A DNA stretch of 64,000 nucleotides from positions 272,125 to 336,124 of the forward strand of contig JACKFM010000001.1 of NCBI GenBank assembly GCA_020632475.1. Reading direction: 5' to 3'. The notes under the pieces were generated by a model, which was not told where the DNA came from, did not search any database, and saw only the letters and a program-made list of their open reading frames with translations. Made by a program: the position numbers and the translations under genes. Positions within the stretch are counted from its first letter, which is position 1, and every line of letters begins with the position of its first letter. This stretch comes from Candidatus Omnitrophota bacterium (GTDB lineage: Bacteria; Omnitrophota; Omnitrophia; Omnitrophales; Aquincolibacteriaceae). Below, in pieces: positions 40,214 through 48,500 of the stretch.

Positions 40214-41056
40214 ATGGACGACATCAAAGGCTCCATAATTTGGGATAATCGTGAACGGACTTACCGCCTGCATGTGCCGCTGCATTATTTGCCGGATCAG
40301 ATTTATCCGCTTGTGATTGTTCTGCATGGCGGAGCGGCCAATGCCGAATATGCGATGCGGATGTCGGAGATGAACCGGATTGCGGATGAAGAAAATTTTC
40401 TGGTGCTTTATCCCAATGGAACCGGTATATACAAACATGCGGTTTTGACGTGGAATGCGGGTAACTGCTGCGGGTATGCGCATGAACATCAGGTCGATGA
40501 CGTGGGATTTATCCGGTCGCTGATTGGGTACCTGCAAAGCCATTATGGAATTGATTCTAAGCGAATCTATGCGACCGGGATTTCCAACGGTGCGATGATG
40601 GCCTACCGTCTGGCCGTTGAAATGGCGGGTGTGATCGCCGCGATTGCGCCTGTAGCCGGGCCGTTTAATCACGCAGGAACAATGCCTGAGGAACCCGTTT
40701 CGGTCATTGCCTTTCATGGCCTTGAAGATCAACATGCGCCCTATTTGGGCGGCACAGGTCCTAAAACACTCTACCCGCGTATTGATCGACCGGTGCAGGA
40801 AAGTATCCGGTTGTGGGTAGAACATAATCAGTGTTCACGAGAACCTCAAATTGAAAAGAAGGGTAAGATCACCTGCGAAACCTATCATGGCGGCCGCGGA
40901 GAAAGCAGGGTGGTTCTCTATACCCTTGAAGAGGAAGGACATACCTGGCCCGGAGGGCAGCCGGGGCTGCGTAACGGCAATGTCGATCCCCCGACGCAGG
41001 AAATATCGGCCAGCCGGCTGATATGGGATTTTTTCAAAGCCCACCCCAAGTCTTGA
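40214..41056 (+). CDS. alpha/beta-hydrolase esterase of the PHB-depolymerase (LpqC/COG3509) family
   Basis: LVIVLHGGAANAEYAMRMS...LYPNGT...TWNAGNCCGYA and the nucleophile elbow GISNG are characteristic of the extracellular PHB depolymerase-type esterase family. No obvious signal peptide. Confidence 0.65.
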   Translation: MDDIKGSIIWDNRERTYRLHVPLHYLPDQIYPLVIVLHGGAANAEYAMRMSEMNRIADEENFLVLYPNGTGIYKHAVLTWNAGNCCGYAHEHQVDDVGFIRSLIGYLQSHYGIDSKRIYATGISNGAMMAYRLAVEMAGVIAAIAPVAGPFNHAGTMPEEPVSVIAFHGLEDQHAPYLGGTGPKTLYPRIDRPVQESIRLWVEHNQCSREPQIEKKGKITCETYHGGRGESRVVLYTLEEEGHTWPGGQPGLRNGNVDPPTQEISASRLIWDFFKAHPKS

Positions 41057-41081
41057 CAAGTTCTGTGAAAGTATATACAAT
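41053..41081 (+). promoter_or_regulatory. candidate sigma-70 promoter for the sugar-modification gene cluster
   Basis: -35 TTGACA (41053-41058, a perfect match), a 17-nt spacer, and -10 TACAAT (41076-41081). This is about 65 nt upstream of the epimerase ATG. It overlaps the first arm of a perfect 10-bp inverted repeat, gtatatacaa (41071-41080) / ttgtatatac (41101-41110). Confidence 0.45.
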
Positions 41082-41146
41082 TTCAAAATCAAGGCCTTGT
41101 TTGTATATACACAAGGGTCAATTTATTCTTATCGGGGGTATGATCC

Positions 41147-42565
41147 ATGAGTCAAAAACTGAAGACAAAATCCAAAAAACCCAAAATTCAGGGTAAGATC
41201 AAGACCGCTAAAAATTCAAAAGGCAACGAGAGTAAACTTATTTCGATCCGTATCCCTGAAAATGTCATTTCGAAATTGAGGGAAGTCGCCGGGAAAAAAG
41301 GCGATGGCGGATATCAGCATCTGATCAAAACTTATATTGCCAAAGGCCTCGTTAAGGAAGACGAACTTTCCGGAAATTTGATCAGCCAGGACACGGGCGC
41401 AAAAGAACCCGTTCCCGCCAAGAAAAAAGTCAAACCGATTTTAAAAGAAACCCTGAAGAAGATCGGAACGCCGGTACCGAAAACAGGGAAGAACGACCGC
41501 AGTAATGTGGCCCAACTGACCCAGTCGGATGTAATCGCCGAAGATATCCGGCAGCTGGCCAAGGCTCTGGAACCGTATTATTCCTTTTTTGCGGGGAAGA
41601 CGTTTTTGATTACCGGGGCTTTTGGTTTTCTGGGGCGTTACATTGTCAACTTATTAAAATATCTCAATGATGAAGTCCTTGAAGAAAAAACCAATGCCTT
41701 GCTTCTGGATAATTTTGTAACCGGCTATGAACAGCGCGTAATCCATGATAAGCATCTGCGTTTTCACCGTCACAATGTGATCGAGCCTTTTCAAACGGAT
41801 GAGGATGTTGACTACATCATTCATGCTGCCGGCATTGCCTCTCCGGCCTACTATACCAAGTTTCCGATTGAAACCATGGATGTCGGTACGATCGGTACAC
41901 GGAATATGCTGGAACTGGCTTATGAAAAGAATGTGAAGAGTTTTCTTTTTACGAGCTCAAGTGAAGTCTACGGTGACCCTGATCCAAAATTTGTACCGAC
42001 CCCCGAAGATTATTACGGCAATGTTTCGATTACCGGGCCGCGTTCCTGTTACGATGAGTCCAAGCGTTTTGGTGAAACGATGACGCTGGCTTACTGGCGC
42101 ACTTATGGCGTGCCGGTGAAAAATGTGCGGCCGTTTAATGTTTATGGTCCCGGTATCCGTCCGGATGATTTTCGTGTGCTGCCGAATTTTATTGAACATG
42201 CCCTGCGTAAGGAGCCGATTCCGATTCACGGTGAAGGCCGCAACACAAGATCGTTTTGCTACATCAACGATGCGATTGAAGCCATTTTTAGAATCCTTTT
42301 TTCCAATCATAACGGAGAAGCCTTTAATGTCGGCAATCCGTCCAACGAAATATCGGTCAAAGATCTGGCGCTGATGGTGGCACAAAGCATGCCCTATAAG
42401 ATTGATGTCGTACACATTGATCCGCCGCATGCGGTTTATGCCAGCTCGGATCCTAAGCGACGCTGCCCCGACATCTCTAAGTTGAAAAAATTGACCGGGT
42501 ATAAACCGCGTTACAGTCTTCAGGAAGGTATTTCCCGAACGATCCAATGGTTTTGCGAGTTTTGA
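41147..42565 (+). CDS. NAD-dependent epimerase/dehydratase (UDP-glucuronate decarboxylase-like extended SDR) with a roughly 150-aa lysine-rich N-terminal extension
   Basis: From about aa 150: KTFLITGAFGFLGRYIV (GxxGxxG), catalytic YDESK, and NVRPFNVYGPG. The N-terminal 150 aa are K-rich (MSQKLKTKSKKPKIQGKIKTAKNSKG...) and include a segment resembling ribbon-helix-helix/BrnA-like proteins (ISIRIPENVISKLREVAGKKGDGGYQHLIKTYIAKGL). No in-frame stop separates the two parts. Confidence 0.8.
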   Translation: MSQKLKTKSKKPKIQGKIKTAKNSKGNESKLISIRIPENVISKLREVAGKKGDGGYQHLIKTYIAKGLVKEDELSGNLISQDTGAKEPVPAKKKVKPILKETLKKIGTPVPKTGKNDRSNVAQLTQSDVIAEDIRQLAKALEPYYSFFAGKTFLITGAFGFLGRYIVNLLKYLNDEVLEEKTNALLLDNFVTGYEQRVIHDKHLRFHRHNVIEPFQTDEDVDYIIHAAGIASPAYYTKFPIETMDVGTIGTRNMLELAYEKNVKSFLFTSSSEVYGDPDPKFVPTPEDYYGNVSITGPRSCYDESKRFGETMTLAYWRTYGVPVKNVRPFNVYGPGIRPDDFRVLPNFIEHALRKEPIPIHGEGRNTRSFCYINDAIEAIFRILFSNHNGEAFNVGNPSNEISVKDLALMVAQSMPYKIDVVHIDPPHAVYASSDPKRRCPDISKLKKLTGYKPRYSLQEGISRTIQWFCEF

Positions 42566-42573
42566 CCCAAATA

Positions 42574-42599
42574 AGGGACAGGTCTTTAGACCTGTCCCT
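42574..42599 (+). terminator. perfect hairpin agggacaggtc-ttta-gacctgtccct after the epimerase gene (intergenic member of repeat family C)
   Basis: 11-bp perfect stem with a 4-nt loop, 9 nt after the stop. A second hairpin atccgcc-acaaagaa-ggcggat follows at 42621-42645 and matches the core of intragenic family A. Confidence 0.45.
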
Positions 42600-42710
42600 T
42601 AAAATGCGTAACTAAGGAAATCCGCCACAAAGAAGGCGGATTAAATTCGCACAAATCATTTATGCTTCTTTCGGTCGCATAAATGATGTGCTCATTTAAG
42701 GAGATTTCCC

Positions 42711-43133
42711 ATGGAATTAGAAACGATCCAGCATATTGATCCCGCATTTGTGGATGCCCGCGGTGAAATTCATAATCTTTTTGAAGGAACTCTTGGTCAT
42801 GTGGCGATGATTACTTCCAAAAAGGGAACCGTGCGTGCCAATCACTATCATAAAAAAGACCTCCAATATATTTATCTGGTCAGCGGCGCTTATGAAGCCC
42901 ACAGCTGTCCTATCGATGATCCTTCCAATAAACAGGTGCTTCAGGTGAAACCCGGCGATATCGTTAAGACTCCGCCGCTTGTCGCGCATGCTCAGAAGTT
43001 CACCGAAGACTCGGTGTTTCTGGCTTTTACGACATTGCAGCGCGAAGACGGGAAGTATGAAGAAGATACCCTTGCTTTCCCGGTCATTGAAGGCGCTTAT
43101 CTGAACAAAAACCTGACACAGGCCAAAGCGTAA
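42711..43133 (+). CDS. WxcM/FdtA-like cupin (putative sugar 3,4-ketoisomerase)
   Basis: 140-aa cupin fold with the VRANHYHKK...Q.IYLVSG pattern typical of the FdtA/WxcM C-terminal domain. Assigned from size, motifs and sugar-pathway context. Confidence 0.55.
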   Translation: MELETIQHIDPAFVDARGEIHNLFEGTLGHVAMITSKKGTVRANHYHKKDLQYIYLVSGAYEAHSCPIDDPSNKQVLQVKPGDIVKTPPLVAHAQKFTEDSVFLAFTTLQREDGKYEEDTLAFPVIEGAYLNKNLTQAKA

Positions 43134-43147
43134 AGTAATCGGACAGT

Positions 43148-43879
43148 ATGAATAAGATCGTCGTTATTACGGGAGCAAGCAGAGGGCTGGGGCTGAGCCT
43201 CGCCGAACGGTTTTTGCAAAACGGGGATACGGTGATCGGCTTGAGCCGGACCGAACGCTACTGGAAATCCGCAAAAACCGCTTTGACCTGCCCCGAAAAA
43301 TTCATACTCAAAAAAGTTGATTTGTGTTCAGAGACACAGATTAAGTCTTTTTGGCGGGAGCTGATTAAAAAGTATAAGCGCATTGATATTCTGATCAATA
43401 ATGCCGGATACGGCGGCGGGTTGGCGAAACTCGAAAAACTTTCTCTGAAAGAGTTTGAAACGAATATCAATACCAATCTGCTTTCGGCTTTTTTGATGAC
43501 GAAATATGCGCTACCCATTTTTCAAAAATTGAAGCAGGGGATCATTGTGAACATTTCTTCGATGGCGGGGGTCAGGGCGGTGCCGGGGTTATTTGCTTAT
43601 TCAGCCAGCAAATTTGGTCTTTCGGCATTGACCCAGTGTATCGTCAAGGAAAATGAACAGAGCCGTATCCAGGCTTATACCCTTTGCCCGGGCGGAATGA
43701 ATACCGAAATGCGCGCGCAAATATTCGGCAAAGCGGATGCTGCCAGACAACAGAGCCCTGATTTTGTGGCCGGTGTCCTGATGCAAATCCTTGAGGGTAA
43801 ACTGACGGTGGCAAACGGCAGTGATGTTGTGGTGCGGCATAGTAAAGTGACCATGATCCGCCCCTTGCCCAGCGCCTAG
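43148..43879 (+). CDS. SDR family oxidoreductase (short-chain dehydrogenase/reductase)
   Basis: VVITGASRGLGLSLA (TGxxxGxG), NNAG and catalytic YSASK motifs. Confidence 0.85.
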   Translation: MNKIVVITGASRGLGLSLAERFLQNGDTVIGLSRTERYWKSAKTALTCPEKFILKKVDLCSETQIKSFWRELIKKYKRIDILINNAGYGGGLAKLEKLSLKEFETNINTNLLSAFLMTKYALPIFQKLKQGIIVNISSMAGVRAVPGLFAYSASKFGLSALTQCIVKENEQSRIQAYTLCPGGMNTEMRAQIFGKADAARQQSPDFVAGVLMQILEGKLTVANGSDVVVRHSKVTMIRPLPSA

Positions 43880-43880
43880 C

Positions 43881-43938
43881 AGGACTGAGGACTAAGCGTA
43901 GAGGACTGAGTCCTCAGTGCTCATAGCTCAGTCCTTTG
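43881..43938. repeat. intergenic cluster of inverted ctcagtcct units (family B in reverse orientation), likely terminator
   Basis: aggactgaggactaagcgtagaggactgagtcctcagtgctcatagctcagtcctttgag. ggactgag (43903-43910) pairs with ctcagtcc (43927-43934), followed by ttt. The same 9-mer in forward orientation is tiled through both giant ORFs. Confidence 0.5.
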
Positions 43939-43954
43939 AGTTAAGGAGAGATGA

Positions 43955-45244
43955 ATGGAGATAGACGCTTTTAAGAAAAAATTATGCCGCTATTGCGACA
44001 GCCTTTTACCCGAATCTTTTTTGGATTTAGGCTCGATGCCGCTGGCCAATAATCTGCCGCGTAAAGAAGATCTGGATAAAAAAGAATTCGAATGTCCTTT
44101 GAGTCTTGTTCATTGTCCGTCCTGTCATTTGATTCAGCTCAGTCATGCCGTCCCCGCAGATTTGATGTTTTCGCATTACCTGTATGTCAGTTCCACGACC
44201 AAAACCTTCCGTGAGCATTTTGCGGCCTACGCCAAAGATGTGCGCGGCCGTTTAAAAAATGAAAAAGATCCGCTTGCGGTGGATATCGGCAGTAATGACG
44301 GGTTGCTCCTATCCTGTTACCAGAATGAAGGAATGCGCATTGTCGGGGTTGACCCTGCTGCAAATTTATGCAAAGAGGCCAATGAAAAGGGACTGACAAC
44401 ATTGAACCGCTATTTTGACGAAGAGTCGGTTAATCTGATTCTGAAAGATTTCGGTAAAGCGCATGTGATCAGCGGTAACAATGTTTTTGCTCATATTGAT
44501 GATATCCAGTCGGTGATTAAAAATGTGGATAAACTGCTGGATGATCAGGGATTTTTTGTCATCGAGTTTCCTTACCTCGGGACCATGCTTGAAGAATTGC
44601 TTTTTGACATGATTTATCATGAGCACGTTTCCTATATCGGACTTCATGCGTTGAGTCATTTTGCCGGCAAGTTTGGTTTTGAGATTTTTGATATTCTTCC
44701 GGTTGCTTCGCATGGAGGATCGTTTAGGGTTTTTATGCAAAAGAAGGGCGCCTCGCATCCAAAGGCAAAAATTGTGGATGAGTTCCTGACAGCCGAAAAA
44801 AACAAGGGTTATCTGACTGCTGAGGCCTATCAAGCCTTTGCCGGACGTGTGCTCAAAGTTAAAGAGGATTTTATGCAGTTGGTGTCGGAATTAAAAGCTG
44901 CAGGAAAGAGTATTTCAGGTTATGGTGCACCAGCCAAAGCCAGTACCATTATCAACTTTTACGGACTGACGCCGGACCAAGTCGATTATGTCGTTGATGA
45001 TAATCCGCTTAAACAAAACCGTTATATTCCCGGTGCACATATTCCGATTGTTCCCAGTTCTCATCTCGAAGCCCATCCCACGGATTATGTGGTGATTTTT
45101 GCCTGGAATTTTGCCAAGGAAATTACACAAAAAATCGGACATTTGCGTCAAAAGGGTGTGCAGTTTATCATTCCGCTCTTTAACCCCAGACAAGCCCAAT
45201 CGACCGAATCCCTCCAAAAAGCCTTTGAAGTCGCAGCGTCTTAA
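43955..45244 (+). CDS. NDP-sugar C-methyltransferase (TylC3-like: N-terminal zinc-ribbon, class-I SAM MTase core, C-terminal C-methyltransferase domain)
   Basis: CRYCDS...CPSCHLIQL zinc-binding module. SAM motif AVDIGSNDGLLL. About 410-430 aa, typical of TylC3/CloU-type sugar 3-C-methyltransferases. Confidence 0.7.
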   Translation: MEIDAFKKKLCRYCDSLLPESFLDLGSMPLANNLPRKEDLDKKEFECPLSLVHCPSCHLIQLSHAVPADLMFSHYLYVSSTTKTFREHFAAYAKDVRGRLKNEKDPLAVDIGSNDGLLLSCYQNEGMRIVGVDPAANLCKEANEKGLTTLNRYFDEESVNLILKDFGKAHVISGNNVFAHIDDIQSVIKNVDKLLDDQGFFVIEFPYLGTMLEELLFDMIYHEHVSYIGLHALSHFAGKFGFEIFDILPVASHGGSFRVFMQKKGASHPKAKIVDEFLTAEKNKGYLTAEAYQAFAGRVLKVKEDFMQLVSELKAAGKSISGYGAPAKASTIINFYGLTPDQVDYVVDDNPLKQNRYIPGAHIPIVPSSHLEAHPTDYVVIFAWNFAKEITQKIGHLRQKGVQFIIPLFNPRQAQSTESLQKAFEVAAS

Positions 45245-45529
45245 GAGGGCGTGAGGGCCTCTCCCACCGTTTTTTCGATCTTGTTGAAAATAAAGGAGTT
45301 AGGCCATGATTTGGCGCTAGCATGAACTAGCATTCAAGGCTATCTTACTGCTTTCTATAGCTTCGGATTTGTAAGAGCTACCTCTCCGTGTTACCTTTTA
45401 TAAAGGTTAGAAATAGCAAGGGGTTAGATCGGTTTAACCGGTCTAAAAAGCAGTTTTGGAAAGGGCTGTATTCTTTCTATATCTAATGTAGAAACACCGA
45501 CAAAAAATACTTAACAATAATCATTTCAC

Positions 45530-48500
45530 ATGAAGCATCCTTTTTTCAATTTTAAACGTTTTATTGCGATCACCGTTGCTCTGTGCATGGTGTTGACCGA
45601 CCGTTCGGCAGTTTCCTATGCGCAGGCGGCGTCTGCCCAGTTTGCTTCAGAGGCTCAAGCCGTAAATACCAAACTGGCCTCAGCTCAATTCGTTCTGCCT
45701 GGCTTTAATCTTCCTTCCGAGCTGGGCTTCATCGAGGAAGTCTATAGCGCACCGCGTGAAAAAGAGCAACCGTCTCCCTCGGCCCTCAGTCCTCAGCCCT
45801 CAGTCCTGCCGTCGAAGACGGTGATTTATATCCAGGATGCCCATGACTCGCTTGAAGCTCAGGAGCATATTGCTGAAATGATCCGTCTTTTCGTGCATGA
45901 CAACGGTATCAAGACGGTCCTTGAAGAGGGGTATGATGGGAAAGTTCCGACGGATGAGTATTTCGGATCAATTAAAGACCCGGAGATTAAAGAAGAAGTT
46001 TCCTACTTTTTGATGGATAAGCTTCGGATCGGCGGTGCGGAGTACACCCACATCAATCGCCAAGAGGATTTTAAGCTGATCGGTGCGGACAGCATTGAGC
46101 TGCACCGCGAAAACGTCAAAGCCTACCAGAAAAATTCAGTTTATCTCAAACAGGTTCAAAAAGATCTGAAGGAAATGTTTGAACGGATTGAAAGGATGGC
46201 GAATGTCCATTTTTCAAAAGAACTCAAGCAATGGATGAAAAACAAGAAACGATACGATGCCGGACAGCTTGATCTTTTAAGCTATCTTAAGCGGACAGCC
46301 GGCCTCTTAGGCGATTCTGCTTTGCCGTATCCGAATATTCTCGTGCTGCTTTCGGCTGAAGAAACCAAAAATGCCCGGGCGATTGAAAAGGCCAAGGAGA
46401 TCCATAGTGCGCAGTTATTTGAGGAAATAGGAGAATTTGAAAATAGTGTGGCTGAAAAGTTTTTAACCCATGATCGTGACCGGGATATTTTTAAATATTA
46501 TAAAGCCTTGAGTCTTATGCTGCGTTTAAGCGACATTGAAGTAACCCCTGAGGAATACGAGGCCGCCAAAGGCACCCTTAAAAATTTCGATACCCGCAGG
46601 ATGGCCGAATTTATCGTGGCGGATACCAAGCATACCGCTGTACTTTCGACCGAATGGGAAGACAAGATTAAAAATGCCATCCGTTTTTATGAGATTGCGC
46701 ATCAGCGCGATGACAGTATTGAAAAGCATCTGGAAGACTTTTTAGCTTCCGACCAGCAGACGGCTGTCCTTGTTTTTGGAGGTTTTCACCGAGATAAAAT
46801 TCAGGCCATTATGCGTGCAAAGGGGATCTCGTTCGTTACTTTACAACCCGCAATCAGTTCGGTCAGCCAAACCCACCAGGAATATTATAAACAGTTGATG
46901 TCTTCCGGTTATCTTGATTTTGAAAAAACACTTCATCTGGATTCGGAGCAAGGTTTTTCCGGATCAAATATCCCACTGCCGCAAGCCTCCCGCATGTCCA
47001 GGACACTTCTGGTCTGGGATGTCCCGGGCTATGGACGGGTTGTCGAGGGGTTGGCGGAGACGGCACGCGTTTTGAAAAATCGAAAGCCGGATATGGATCG
47101 CCCTCTTTTACTGCGTCAGATGGCCAGGGGACTTCAGGCGCGCAGTAGCGCCTTTGAACAGGAAACTGTTCCGGGACACGCGGAATTGCGTAATCAGGAA
47201 GCCTCTCCGCAAAACGAACCTCCCGAATCTTCCGTTAGACTTCGGATGGATGAGCCTCAGGGGTTTGCGGCGCCGCGTATACGCGGGCATTTACAGGCCT
47301 ATGAACGCCGTCTCAGAGCGCAGGCCTTAAGAAGAAAATTGGCTGAACTGGGACTTCTTTTTACGGCCGTTGCACTTGCGGTTACCGCGGTTATATGGAG
47401 TGTTGTGGATGCAGAGACTGAAATCCGTGCCACGGATGTTATTTGGATGACGATTGGTGCTTTTGCTGCAAGCGTATGGGTGTTGTACCGTTTTCTTTCA
47501 GAACGTGATTTTAGAATCAGTAGTGAACAGGAGCGGATTAATTTTGAACGCATTCTCAATGGAACCAAAGACGGAGAAAGTGTGATTCGTTCCGTTGAAA
47601 TGCTTGAGGCCTATGCCCAATCACCCGATCGGTCACAGAGAAGCGATATTATCCGCTCGGCTGAAAGGGTTAAAGATGAGATTCTTGAGCGGAATCCATT
47701 ATTGACGATTGTCGATCAGGAAAAGATTACCGAAGGTGATAAGATCGTCATTTTTGAAATTCCCGGTACCGGACATGAAGGGCTTGGGATTAAAGAGATG
47801 AATGCTTTATTTGGAGAGCTTTTAACGGATAACTTTCTGGCTGAAGTTAAAAAGAGCCTTTATGCAATGGTCCGTGCATCTGCCTCAGTAAGAGGAATTT
47901 CAATCACGCCGCTTTATTCTACCCATAAAGAGCATGCCTTTGTCGTCAGAGGAGATGTTTCACAGGATTTTTTGCGAAATGAAATCCAGAAAAAACTCGT
48001 TGAGGCCATGAATCGGATTCTGCTCACATCCGATGACCTCCCGTACCGCCGGATCATCGAAGAGAAGAAGCTTGATCAAAACGGGGAGGATTTATTTGAA
48101 ATTCATTTTGGAATGAGCCGCGTTGAAGAAGATTCCGAAGAGGGGAGGCTGACGGCCAATATTCGCGCTAAACAGGCTTTGCTGATTTCCAGATACCGGA
48201 ACGTCTGGGACAATAACCGTGATCCGGATCTGGTTTTATATTCCCATGAGAATTACGCTGCCGTGGTTGATGAGTTGGCGAGCATCCGTCGCCGGCTTTT
48301 AGCCAATGAAGGGGCGGCTCTGTTTGCCACGGGTGAAAATGAAGCGTTTGGGCAATATTTCTTTTTAAGACCGGGGGCAGCCAATATCCTGAGAAAAAAA
48401 GTTGAATGGGGCGAGCTGTCGACGGAAGAAAAGAAAGTTTTTCATCATGTCGAAATTTACCAGCTTGCACAACGATACTTTGAACTCCTGAATCTGCAGG

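Noticed and set aside
41147-41600. Separate small antitoxin-like (BrnA/RHH) gene upstream of the epimerase
   Set aside because: No in-frame stop separates the Lys-rich/RHH-like segment from the Rossmann domain, so I kept a single CDS. An internal start nearer 41560-41600 remains possible.
45245-45529. Promoter and operator calls upstream of giant ORF 2, including the near-palindromes accttttataaaggt and gatcggtttaaccggtc
   Set aside because: No hexamer pair with acceptable spacing could be defined and the palindromes are imperfect. Noted only as an AT-rich leader.
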